Positions 28,135-38,729 of a stretch of 64,000 nt of DNA are shown one piece after another. The stretch covers positions 1,178,001 through 1,242,000 of the forward strand of contig OX337235.1 in the NCBI GenBank assembly GCA_946965045.2, read 5' to 3'. The notes below the pieces were generated by a model, which saw nothing but the letters and a program-made list of their open reading frames with translations, had not been told where the DNA came from and made no database searches. The stretch is from Epithemia pelagica (Eukaryota > Protista > Bacillariophyta). The position numbers and the translations under genes are program-made. Every line of letters begins with the position of its first letter. Within the stretch, counting starts at the first letter, position 1.

Positions 28135-28851
28135 ATGAAGCTCTCCGCCGCCACTCTTGCCTTCTTCGCCACTGGTGCCTCTGCCTTCAACTTCGGCAAG
28201 GCCCCTGCCGCCAAGACCTCCTTGGAAGCTGCTTCCTTGAACGGCTGGACTCCTGATGCCACCAAGTTCGCCTACGGTCTCCCAGGATCTTTGGACCCTG
28301 TCCCTGAATTCGACCCCTTGGGTTTTGCCGCTGATGCCGATTTGGACAAGGTGAAGCAATACCGTGAAGCCGAGCTCCAACACGGCCGTGTTGCCATGTT
28401 GGCCGTGATTGGTTTCCTTGTCACCGAAGAACCGATTGAGTTCCACCCTCTCTTTGAGGCCGCCAACAAGGACATTGGCCCTGCGATCCGTCATTTGGAC
28501 GAAGTGCGTGCCGTTGCTCCTATTTTCTTTGAGTTGTTGGCTGTTGTGATTGGAACTTTGGAATTGAACCGTGCCTTGGTTGGCTGGATCCGTCCTACGG
28601 AAGTCAAGAAGCAAGTGTTGAACGACGACTACTTCCCTGGTGATGTTGGTTTTGATCCTCTTGGCTTGCGGCCTGAAGACGAGGAGGAGTTCCTCGCCTT
28701 GCACACCAAGGAATTGCAAAATGGTCGTCTTGCCATGCTTGGCGCTGCTGGTATTGTCGCCCAAGAATTGGTGAACGGCAAGGAGATTTTTGTCAACTTG
28801 GGTTTGGCTCAAGACCGTTTTGACCCCTCCACTCTCCCTGTTCAATTCTAA
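28135..28851 (+). CDS. LHCX: Light-harvesting complex protein, Lhcx/LI818-like (copy B), 238 aa
   Basis: Paralogue of 819-1538. The start was placed at the ATG equivalent to copy A (MKLSAATLAFF), not at the upstream ATG of the ORF track. Confidence 0.85.
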   Translation: MKLSAATLAFFATGASAFNFGKAPAAKTSLEAASLNGWTPDATKFAYGLPGSLDPVPEFDPLGFAADADLDKVKQYREAELQHGRVAMLAVIGFLVTEEPIEFHPLFEAANKDIGPAIRHLDEVRAVAPIFFELLAVVIGTLELNRALVGWIRPTEVKKQVLNDDYFPGDVGFDPLGLRPEDEEEFLALHTKELQNGRLAMLGAAGIVAQELVNGKEIFVNLGLAQDRFDPSTLPVQF

Positions 28852-29165
28852 ATGAATTGAACTTGAGACTTATCAAGAAAAACAGGAACAATAGAAACAA
28901 TAAATGGATAAAGTAGACGCTCAATTTCATCCAACCACAAAAGTTTTTGGAGCCTTGCTCGTCGAGAGAGATAATGTAGAGTTGATTAAGGACATCGGAA
29001 ATTCAGAGTTCATGTCAGTTTCCTGGGTCATGGAGCGAATGACGGAACAAGTGGTGTAACGACTAACGACAAACACCTACTATCGCAACACATTTAAGCG
29101 TCGAGCCGGTCAATAGTCGAAATGATTCTCCTACTCTTGTGATGGTCAGAATTTCCCTGTAGGAG

Positions 29166-29467
29166 TACGACAGCAAGCGGCGACAACGACCAGCGACGAC
29201 AACAATATGCGACGAGACAGCAAGCGGCGACAACGACATCCGACGACAACAATGACATACTCAACAATCAACTGATCGTTTCGGTCAAACGGCATAACAA
29301 TCGGCGACCACGGCACGGCAACAGCACCATACTCAACACCGAAACGATTGCCTACGACCTACGACACATAGACGCATTTACAAAGCTAGGTAGATGTTCT
29401 GAACTAGCAGCTGTTTATATGCATACTCGTAGAGGAGGCGGGTTGATTGTTGTGCTAGCGCCTCCTC
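29166..29467. repeat. Cluster of short direct and inverted repeats
   Basis: Two copies of a ~38-bp unit GACAGCAAGCGGCGACAACGAC...CGACGACAACAAT; CATACTCAACA twice; inverted pairs ATCGTTTCGGT/ACCGAAACGAT (29275-29285, 29338-29348) and GAGGAGGCG/CGCCTCCTC (29432-29440, 29459-29467). Confidence 0.7.
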
Positions 29468-29702
29468 ACCACCGGAAAGCGAATTCAATCGCGACCCACG
29501 CAATGGTTTTGGATATCAAACAGGCTACTTACAACGTCAACCTTTAGACAAAGATTACATCCCCTTCAGCTCGGGATTGATTGCTTCTTCTCGTCCGTTG
29601 CTGCAAAAACAAGTCACACAGCGTCCACCAGTTGTTCCACTTGCTGTCATCGGAAAGATCCAACAAAGTAGGCCGAGTCCGTCAACCGTGCATTGAAAAA
29701 TG

Positions 29703-29800
29703 AATCCTAAGCCTGCGGCCAGTATGCTACCGGATAGTCTTTAAAACTAAGAATTCACTTATATATGTATAATCCTAAGCCTGCGGCCAGTATGCTACCG
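29703..29800. repeat. Perfect 30-bp direct repeat flanking a 38-bp AT-rich spacer
   Basis: AATCCTAAGCCTGCGGCCAGTATGCTACCG at 29703-29732 and 29771-29800. Confidence 0.9.
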
Positions 29801-29874
29801 CGGGATGGTCCAGCATACGCCATTGGTTTCGCTACATCGTTTACACGTGCCAACGTCAACAATTGGTATCCTCA

Positions 29875-30852
29875 CTACGACAATGAATCAAAGATCGCTT
29901 TTGCGGAAATCTTGTAAGGGTTCCCGGGTGCCCCCGAATAGTTTCCGAGGCGGAGATCCTGTGCCGTGATTTCCATCACAACATCTTGACCCCCAGGGGC
30001 GTACACAGAATGACTGGCCCCTTTGCGGTTCGCCTTCGCATCTTCGTACGTGGTACCATGAGGGATTCTGTATACATCCAAACATCGCAAAATCTTCCGG
30101 CCATTACGGTCACGCTTCTTCCCTTTGAAACGTACTTCGAGAAGAAAGCCAAGTGTGGGCGCTTCGTTGTTGGGCTGAAGAGGCGTATAGCTAACAACGG
30201 CATTGTTCATCATGTCGTCGATCGCATCTATCTCGTAGCCCTTGGCATTTCCCCAGCTAAATTGAAACACAACATCTGGGTTGACGCGCTCTGTCTGCTC
30301 TCTAGTTGCATGGATTTTTGGTGGATTTGCTAAGTCCTTTGGTTCCAACAATCCTTTCACATGCACGCACTTGTCTCTCCCCCAAAATGCAATGTCTGGC
30401 TGGCGTCGCGTTTCTTTGTGGTTCGGTAAAGCTTGGATGAAAACATTCGTGCTTCCATCTACCGCAACCCCCCATACATCGTCGCCCCACTCTTTGTTGA
30501 ACAATCGAGTGTACCGATCGGTTACCTTGTCGTGTGCACCCGAGGTTATTCGCAAACGAGCCGTCCGGGATTTTGGATCAATCACCACAGGGAGGTCTGG
30601 AAAGCCACGCTTCACCAGTTCTGCTTCGAGCTCGTCCAGATACTCAAACGTCTTGTCCTTCAGCCGTCTCAGTTCTTTTGGCAGGTCCACCAGTTCTCCG
30701 TCCTCAGAGTCGTCGTCGTCGTCGTCGTCGTCAGGGCCCTCGAACAGAGCGGTTTCCGAGTCCTCCTTAGGGTCGATCAAGCGGTCTTCTGCTGTGTCCT
30801 CGCAATCCGTTTTCCCTCCTTCCCACTCCTTTTTCTCTTCCTGGATATCCAT
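29875..30852 (-). CDS. Uma2/DUF820-like (PD-(D/E)XK restriction-endonuclease fold) protein, 325 aa
   Basis: SGAH..., RQPDIAFW and NPDVVFQFSW match the Uma2 pattern H..PD...PDxVxExxS, with Gln in place of Glu. Acidic N-terminal tract. Confidence 0.55.
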   Translation of the reverse strand: MDIQEEKKEWEGGKTDCEDTAEDRLIDPKEDSETALFEGPDDDDDDDDSEDGELVDLPKELRRLKDKTFEYLDELEAELVKRGFPDLPVVIDPKSRTARLRITSGAHDKVTDRYTRLFNKEWGDDVWGVAVDGSTNVFIQALPNHKETRRQPDIAFWGRDKCVHVKGLLEPKDLANPPKIHATREQTERVNPDVVFQFSWGNAKGYEIDAIDDMMNNAVVSYTPLQPNNEAPTLGFLLEVRFKGKKRDRNGRKILRCLDVYRIPHGTTYEDAKANRKGASHSVYAPGGQDVVMEITAQDLRLGNYSGAPGNPYKISAKAIFDSLS

Positions 30853-31323
30853 GGGGGAGCTCGTTGTTCTGTTCTCGAACTAATAATACGGTCCCAAAGT
30901 TGAAAGTTGGAAGTTGCTCGGTTCTGCTGCTGTATTATTTGCTATCGGGCGGGTCGGAGGGGGACGACAGACAGACGGAGTCAAAAAGAGTCAAAACGTG
31001 ATTGAACAAATAAGGAATTGGTTGACTCTACGGTAGCTAGACTAGAGACTATGGAAATAGACTACCTAGAAGCAACTAATTTTTCCGCATTTCTACCGAA
31101 CATTATACTTATTTCCCACGCTGGCTACGAAATGCATGATGTGGACGCAAACGGAGTGGATGGCTCTATTGAAAGGCTTGCGAGGTTTTCGAGGAATTTG
31201 TCTGTAGGTCGGGCTAATAGCTTACTTGGTTTTATGTGGCATAGCCGTGCCTCTGGCTTCGCGTCATTCGTCTTAGCTATTCAGGGTGGTGTATGGATGG
31301 GAGACAAGGATCCTTTTACATTT

Positions 31324-34300
31324 CTACAAACTCTCCCAGGGGCTTTGGATGCATGAAGGAACACGATTGACTGCATAGTTGGACTCGGAGATATCGACAC
31401 AGTTGACACTGGCCAAGGTCAAGTCTCCGGTTCCCAGACGGACCACCAATTCGGTTTGGACATTGTCAATGCCCATGGATTGGAGAAACGCGCAGTTTCG
31501 ATGCAACCAATCTTGCGCTGGAGAAAGGGTCGAATGACGACAATAGACGTGATACCGTCCTGGAAGCTCGGCCATGACCACAATCGGTTTTTGTCGATTC
31601 CAGCCGCCGGGTCGCATGGAATGAGGAACTGGTAGACCCGTGTCCTTATCCAGAGGAGGTTCCACGCGAAAGTCTCCCCCATGATTGGCCTGCGTGTGTC
31701 GTTCGGTATCAAACATGTTGCCTTCGGGAATCAAACAAAGGTCCTTGACGCCTCGTTTGGCCAATCGTTCTTGTTTACTGCGAGCACAAAAGGTCATTTT
31801 CGAACGCCGTCCCGTGTCATGCTCCGTGACCATGACATCGGTCCAATGACGTGACCAAACATGGGGTGCGCTTTCCAAAACCAAATGATCCAAATATGTG
31901 CGGTTCGCAATGTGAGTTACATTGTAACCAATGTGAGGCCGGTATCCCGAATACATGGGAATGTTGGACAGAGGCCAAAATTCAAGTTGTTGCACCATGA
32001 CCAACACCAAGACCATGGCATTTACAATCGGCAACGCTGCCAGCATCTTGGACGACACTGTCGACGTAGGAACTGTTGGCGGTGTGTCTCTGTCTGCCAA
32101 GGTCTCTTTGCTGCTGTCTGCAGGTTCCGGAGAATGCATTCGAGTACCATTGCTGCCACCACGAGGAGACTCTTCCTGCGAGTCGGCAGGGTCCTCCTGT
32201 ATTAGTTTCGGATTGGCTGGTACAACGAGGACATGATAAAGTCGCTGGAGATGGGAAACGAGATACTTCCAATCGTTTTGATCCAGTACCAAGGTGAATT
32301 GAATGACCACCGAGGTAAGATAATTCACACCGAGCGTGTACCAAATCATGCCGTGAAAGACGGCTCCCAAAAAGGGAAAGACGATGCGATAGGATCGGGA
32401 TACCAACACCAAAAAGGTGGACAATTCAAAAATCGCACTCAAGGTACATTGTGCTGCCGCAAACCACACATTGGGGGGCATGGTCCACGTGTAAAAGGGT
32501 TCGGGTACGGCCTGACGAGAATTGTCAAAATAAAATTGCATACTTTGTCCATCCATCCAGGCCCACCAGGCATGGTGACTCCCGTTAAACAATTTGGACA
32601 GGCCGGCGGAAAAGAGCAAAAAGACATTCCATTGTCGAATAATGGCCAACGAAACAGTCGGTGGTAAGGCGAGGGCCATCATGCATATGGCGGGCATGAG
32701 ATGCGTGTGACTCCCACCCGTCAAACTATGTTCGTAGGCATGCAAATACAACCAACCACATCCACACAGCAAGGCGAGCCACCGTCGTGACGCCACCAAA
32801 GCATGACGCCACCACACGGTCGCTTGTGACCCTGGTTCCACGGTGGTTGTGGTTCCCACCAAAAATGGTTGGACCGTCAACAAAATCATGGCAAGCAGAA
32901 CCACGGTTTCGACCATGGCCATGTAGGGGGCAAGTGCTTCATACCAGACAAAGGAGATTCCATAGGGTTTCAACAAGACGGCCGGTGCAGCTTGATAGAC
33001 ATGGGAAATGCGCCACAATCGATCGGCACGACCACACGAAAAGGATTGAAAGCAAAGATAAATGGCCAAGAAGGTAGACCAAAATACGTGGATGCGTGGT
33101 TCCGACAAGTACTGTTGCGAAGGCGACCAGGAGGACGAGGGTGTTGCTGGCGTCGTTTGTGTGTGGACAGGGCCGGTCGTGGATTCGACAGCGACATTTG
33201 TTTGGTTTGGAGTAGTAGTGGAAGGAGTGTCGGTTTCGTTGGCACTGATACGTCCATGACGACGACGTCGTCGACGCGAAACAACTCGAGACACAATGGT
33301 CCACAACAGGGTGACAAGGCCAGCCAAGATTCCCGTGGTTGTGGTAGACGAGCCAAACAGCGTACTAGCTCCTCCCGTACTTGTGGGCAATACCACTGGA
33401 TTCGTGGTGGTAGTCGACGAAGAAACCAACCAAGATGATGACGACGACGACGACGTGTCGGTGCTGGCTGGGATGCAACTCGCCGCAGTTGTGTTGTTGT
33501 TGTCTTGAGTCGCGGTAGTAACACTTGTGTGATTGGTGATACAGTCCTCGTCCTTGGATGTTGCAGATGATGGTGGCGGCATGGCGGTACCATCCTTGAG
33601 CCGTGCTTCTTGATCGGCTTGATCATTGGCCGTCGTGACAATTGTATGAACCCCGGGAGAAACTCCCTCCAATCCCTGTCCTCGCAACAAGACACGCAAC
33701 ATTTCTCGTCGTTGCGTGGGATCGACGGACGATCGTTGATGCATAGTGGCCAAATTATCCCAAATAACCAAATCTCCGGGACGCCACGAATCATGGGTCC
33801 ATACCGCGGTGGTAATGGCATGATGCCACAAATACTCCAACAGGGCATGACCTTCGACGGTGGGCAATTCGTAAATATAACTGGTCGGTGCCGGTTGTTT
33901 GCGTCCCAAATGCAACGCCTTACGACCCGTTTGCGGATGGACAATGACCAAGGGATGCGCCGGTCCTTGCACATCCTCCCAGGTTTGGGGCAAGGTCAAG
34001 CCGGGTCGGACATGACCGGCCGAATTGCGCGAAATGTCATGGACCAAATGCCAAGGTTCAATCAAGGCTTGAATGGTCGGAGGCAAGGTTTCGTAGGCGG
34101 TATACAAGTTGCAAAAACTGGTATTGCCCCCACCATTGACCGGGTGATGCGTATTGTACAAGAGGGCCCCTTGGGCGGGCGTGTTGGTATAGGAATCGTC
34201 TTGATGCCAATCGACCCATTGCGATCCATGACCGGACGTGACCGAAACGGGCTCGCCCTGTTCATTGAGATTGCTCATGACCGACACGTGAGGCAAAGTC

Positions 34301-34686
34301 GAGGTTCGACCCGATCCGTGCGGATGACCGGCACGCATATAGTAACCTCGCGATCCAGCCGGTTTGGGATCACCGAGCCGTTGCGCCAAGTGCAACAAGG
34401 AATGTTCCGTCAAGGACTGGTTCCGAACCAACAAGACGGCATGTTGATTCCACAAGGCACGAAATTGCGCCATACAGTGGGCATCTGGTTCTTGAAAAGG
34501 AGACGGGGATGATGATGATGACAAGGAAGAAGAGGAAGAGGATGGTGTGGCGGCAAGCCAGTAGGGAAGAGTCTCTGCTCCATCCAGCACTGGAACCACA
34601 TCATTGTATCCCGAAAGTTCCAATCCAATCAATTCGGCACCCACACCCGGAAACGGCACGACTTGGAGATTTTCACAGTGAATCAT
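31324..34686 (-). CDS. TauD/TfdA-family Fe(II)/2-oxoglutarate dioxygenase fused to a multi-pass HTTM-like membrane domain, 1120 aa
   Basis: TauD motifs WHQD, GGNTSF, HPLV..HP.TGRKAL, WDNLATMHQR, REMLR. After a S/T-rich linker: FSAGLSKL..W..G, FEL, GAVFH..I..TLGVN, and EFWPLSNIPMYS. Confidence 0.75.
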   Translation of the reverse strand: MIHCENLQVVPFPGVGAELIGLELSGYNDVVPVLDGAETLPYWLAATPSSSSSSLSSSSSPSPFQEPDAHCMAQFRALWNQHAVLLVRNQSLTEHSLLHLAQRLGDPKPAGSRGYYMRAGHPHGSGRTSTLPHVSVMSNLNEQGEPVSVTSGHGSQWVDWHQDDSYTNTPAQGALLYNTHHPVNGGGNTSFCNLYTAYETLPPTIQALIEPWHLVHDISRNSAGHVRPGLTLPQTWEDVQGPAHPLVIVHPQTGRKALHLGRKQPAPTSYIYELPTVEGHALLEYLWHHAITTAVWTHDSWRPGDLVIWDNLATMHQRSSVDPTQRREMLRVLLRGQGLEGVSPGVHTIVTTANDQADQEARLKDGTAMPPPSSATSKDEDCITNHTSVTTATQDNNNTTAASCIPASTDTSSSSSSSWLVSSSTTTTNPVVLPTSTGGASTLFGSSTTTTGILAGLVTLLWTIVSRVVSRRRRRRHGRISANETDTPSTTTPNQTNVAVESTTGPVHTQTTPATPSSSWSPSQQYLSEPRIHVFWSTFLAIYLCFQSFSCGRADRLWRISHVYQAAPAVLLKPYGISFVWYEALAPYMAMVETVVLLAMILLTVQPFLVGTTTTVEPGSQATVWWRHALVASRRWLALLCGCGWLYLHAYEHSLTGGSHTHLMPAICMMALALPPTVSLAIIRQWNVFLLFSAGLSKLFNGSHHAWWAWMDGQSMQFYFDNSRQAVPEPFYTWTMPPNVWFAAAQCTLSAIFELSTFLVLVSRSYRIVFPFLGAVFHGMIWYTLGVNYLTSVVIQFTLVLDQNDWKYLVSHLQRLYHVLVVPANPKLIQEDPADSQEESPRGGSNGTRMHSPEPADSSKETLADRDTPPTVPTSTVSSKMLAALPIVNAMVLVLVMVQQLEFWPLSNIPMYSGYRPHIGYNVTHIANRTYLDHLVLESAPHVWSRHWTDVMVTEHDTGRRSKMTFCARSKQERLAKRGVKDLCLIPEGNMFDTERHTQANHGGDFRVEPPLDKDTGLPVPHSMRPGGWNRQKPIVVMAELPGRYHVYCRHSTLSPAQDWLHRNCAFLQSMGIDNVQTELVVRLGTGDLTLASVNCVDISESNYAVNRVPSCIQSPWESL

Positions 34687-36095
34687 GGTCGTTCCAATCC
34701 TCCAACGAATGGTAGACTAGGTAAACAGCTAGACGATGCAATCCAACACGTGCAACGAATGGAGACCACCGAGCAACGGAGGTTCTGCTTGTCCTCCACA
34801 CTGGAACAAGTCTGTGATAGTCAGCACACACACACAAGACAATATGTGGTTTGGTTGAGTGATGATCCTACAGAGATGGCAATGGTTCCACCAAACGAAC
34901 CGCATACGTACCTTGGCAGCAATCAATGGATGGATGGACTCTTTGTTTCACGACACGTTGTCAACAAGAGGATCAAGAGTTCCTCCGTACCAATGTGGCA
35001 GGTTCGTCTGGTTCGAGACACACTCTCTCTCTGCCTCTACGATTGCGAATCGTACGTCGGGATAATGATAGGATGGCTTCTTGAGATTGACACACGAAGA
35101 TATATAGTGATTTGTTGTCTTTTTCGTTTGTGTGTATGCCTTCAAAATCCGATCCAACAAAACAAGACACATGGAACATGTCGCACACACTGTGTCGAAA
35201 TGGTAACCACAGCAGCAGCAGGTGGGGATGGTCCACACCAATCGATCCGATTCGACGAGGGTTCGATTGGATCTTTTCCATCCATCAAACGATAGATACC
35301 AACATCTGTTCCCCGGTCCCCAAAAGATTCCCCGAATCAGCAACACTTCCGAGCTACTCCAAAAAAAACACAAGTGAATCAAATTATGAGAATTACTTCC
35401 TGTAACGATAGAGCGTATTGCATCATTCGGATTTGGGAAGGGAGAGATTTGGGTTCGCATCCACCAGGTGCTCCTATCCACGACGCATCTACTTTACAAA
35501 CGCGACCTGAGAGCATGTCCAATCACGACCACGACCATACCGGTGGATACGAATGTCGTCCACGTCATCCAAACTTCACTCGAACGATAGCATAGAAGCA
35601 TTGTGATTGGTCCATTCCGTGGAGGGACGTGGTTCTCAACCACACTGACGGATCGATCTGTTCCCGGCTGTTGTTCCATCATCACCCCATCAGGAATCAG
35701 GACCACTCGTGGACTCTGACAAGGCCTCCGTGTCTCGACATAGGCGAACAACCGAACGGCAACGACACCGACACACACACACATGTCGAGAGTATTATTA
35801 TTTTTTGCTCCTCCAGAATTCACAACACAATTTCGACCAGAGAGGGGGGCAACAGAACAACCAAAGACAACCACCGAACATTGCGCTCTCTACCAGAACT
35901 TGGCATTGCCCATTTCTTCTCGTCGATAACCACAAGACACCTGCCATTGAAGACGTCCAGAGTGCTCGGAAAAACAACAAAGGAACGAAGCAAAAAGTCG
36001 GACACTGTCGAACAGAAGCCAGTTTGCTCGAACAGACTCCAGTTTGTTCATTGTGGATCCAAGTTGCACTCTTCAATCTTTTCATTCATCAAGCC

Positions 36096-36155
36096 ATGAC
36101 TACGAAACTGGATCCTGAGGATACCACGACCGAGAACTCGTTGCTCTTGTCTTCT

Positions 36156-36189
<34 letters not shown>

Positions 36190-37835
36190 CACCATCCAGC
36201 ACAACACAGAATCCAACGCGTACTCAGGACGATGACACCCATGACCACGACCCTCCTTCCAAGCCACCAATGCCTTCAGTGTGGAAGTGGGTTTCCTTGT
36301 ACATTTTTCTTCCCACCTTGATTTTCAAATCGTGTCAACGGGCCACCATTCCCGTCTTACCCGTCTTGATTCGTTCCAACTTGGATGGGACCGATTCTCA
36401 AATTGGCCTCGTCCTGGCCAGTGTCGGTTTGGGCAAGTTGTTGGGCAATTTACCCAGTGGTCAATTGGTGGCTGTGGGGGGATCGCCCTTGGGGTTGCAA
36501 TGTGCCTGTGCCCTCTTGGCCCTGGCCTGGCTCGGTGCCGCCGTGGCCACCTCGGTACCATCCCTCTTGGTGGCATCCTATCTCGAAGGCGTCGGATTGG
36601 CCCTGTGGCAAGTGGCCCGTCAAACCTTGGTGACGGAACAAATTTCCATTCATCACGGACGGGGCAAAATTCAAGCCACGGTGGGTGGATTGGAACGCTT
36701 TGCGGCCGTCGTCGGACCGACCCTGGGAGGATGGCTGGCCACCCACTATGGATTGACGGTCCCCTTTGTCGTCAAGGCGCTGTGCATGGTTGCCAATGGA
36801 CTACTCTTGTTTTATCTCTTTCATGTCGGGGGATGTTCGCAACGCACCAATGCAACCACAACAACACTATCCACTACAACAGAACGTGGCACAGTTACAA
36901 CCAGCACGGTCGAAACGGGAGTCGATCAAATGGAACGTGTTACAACAAATGACGACACTCCAGACGCGGACAAGGCTACATCAACCAAGCACCCGTCGCA
37001 TCGACGACAAGATTCTACGGACGACAACACGGAATCGGTGCACGACTTTGGTCGCAATATGCACAAGGTTCTGTCCAATCATGGCAAGGATTTGCAACAA
37101 ATTGCCGTGTGGGCCATTTTGTTTCCCATTGCGCGTGAAACACGAACCTTTTTGTTTCCTCTGTGGGCCATGAATTTGGGGTATGGTCCACATGCGATTG
37201 GCCTCATGACGAGCCTTACCTTTGTCGTCGATACAGCTCTCGTTCCGCTGTCGGGATACCTGACGGATACCTATGGCCGCAAATATTGTGGTGTTCCGGC
37301 CGGCCTGCTCATGGCGCTTTCGTACCTGTTGGCACCCGTGGTGGGATGCGAGTTTTGGTCCCTCACGGCCATTTCCATTGTGGGTGGCATTGGCAATGGC
37401 TTGTCGGGCGGAGTCGTCAACAGTGTGGGCAGTGACATGGCACCGCGTCACCATCGGGCCTTGTTTTTGTCCAGTTTTCGTATCGTGTCCGATTTGGGCA
37501 TTTTGCTGGGCCCCCTCGTCAGTGGCCTCGTGGCCCAACAGACCCATGCGTGGTGGGGTGGCATGCAACCCGCCTTTTGGCTCATTGCCGCCCTTTCGGC
37601 CCTCTCCTCGCTGTACATGGCCTGGGTCTTGCCCGAAACCAGATGGCAGCCTCCTCCCAATGGTCCTGGCGGAACGCCACCACCACCAATGACAACGACG
37701 ACAGTGGGGGACAAGGACGGATCCAATCCTAAAACGGATACACGGTCCTCGGACGACCATGGAGAACACGACGCGCAAGCCAGCGAGCGCTTACTCGGTC
37801 CTCCAACCACGGTGGACACCTATGGTTCTGTGTAG
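36096..37835 (+). CDS. Major facilitator superfamily transporter (about 579 aa)
   Basis: Two six-helix hydrophobic bundles; motifs GYLTDTYGRK, SDMAPRHHRA, SDLGILLGP. The start was moved to MTTKLDPED because the upstream in-frame stretch looks non-coding. Confidence 0.85.
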
Positions 37836-38729
37836 TTCTAATCATTTTGTGTCATGGAGCTCGAACATGGCATGACACTTAACCATGAGTGATTCCGCAG
37901 TGCTATCAAGTGCACAACCCTTGTGGACGAGAATTTTCGGACGAGGTCGCTTGTTATTGGCGTAAATGAATGTCGGAGTGACGGACGGATCCGCGAGGCC
38001 GACTTATGTGAAACATGAGCTAGAGGCATGGGATCAAATATATGCGGGCTCTTTGAACAGGTGGTGAGCAGGACGAAGAATCTATGATACGAATGGCTTA
38101 TGTATAGAGCCTCGAAACCAGAAAGCTATGCTTCAGGGAGTATTTCATACGCTACTGAAATACTCCAGCATTCCAAAGAACCACCCCAGCAATTCCCACA
38201 TCCCAAACGGAAGTTGCCGCTCGATCTACTTTTTGAATACGAGAGTACGAAATGGAACTCCTTCTCTGAAAGACAATTTCGCACGACCAATGACCACGAG
38301 ATTCTCCTTGCATGGAGAACTACGTAGACATGGCTAGTTTCTCTACTTGGAGCCCAAAGGGTTCCGTCGTGCAACGTGCTTCAGTGTCTCACCATGTACA
38401 TCCGCCAACAGACACTGTGAAACATGATACCTTATACCTTTTACACTTTCATCATGATCAACCGTGCTAATGCTAAGGATCACACAATTCGCACTGTATG
38501 TGCCCAACCAACATCTTCTGTTAAATAGAAGGACTTTGAAATTTTCAGACAGCCACGCGCCATCTCGTCTTTTACTTCCGAATTGGATATCTATTGAGGG
38601 CCAAATAATTTTCTTTCGAGACAGGCTCAAGATTCCATACCCACACAATATCTACTTCACTCAGATATCCTTGATATCATAGTTTGTTCCAGAAGCTTTG
38701 TTGCAAGGCAAACATTGCCGACCAGAGAC

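Noticed and set aside
29703-29800. Repeat-spacer-repeat geometry resembling a CRISPR unit
   Set aside because: Only two repeats, eukaryotic context, no cas genes, and the repeat is not palindromic.
35709-36095. 129-codon N-terminal extension of the MFS ORF
   Set aside because: Low-complexity, UTR-like sequence. The downstream ATG gives a typical transporter N-terminus.
31419-37819. Many 100-330 aa ORFs overlapping the TauD fusion and MFS genes
   Set aside because: Alternative or antisense frames of GC-rich coding DNA with no motifs.
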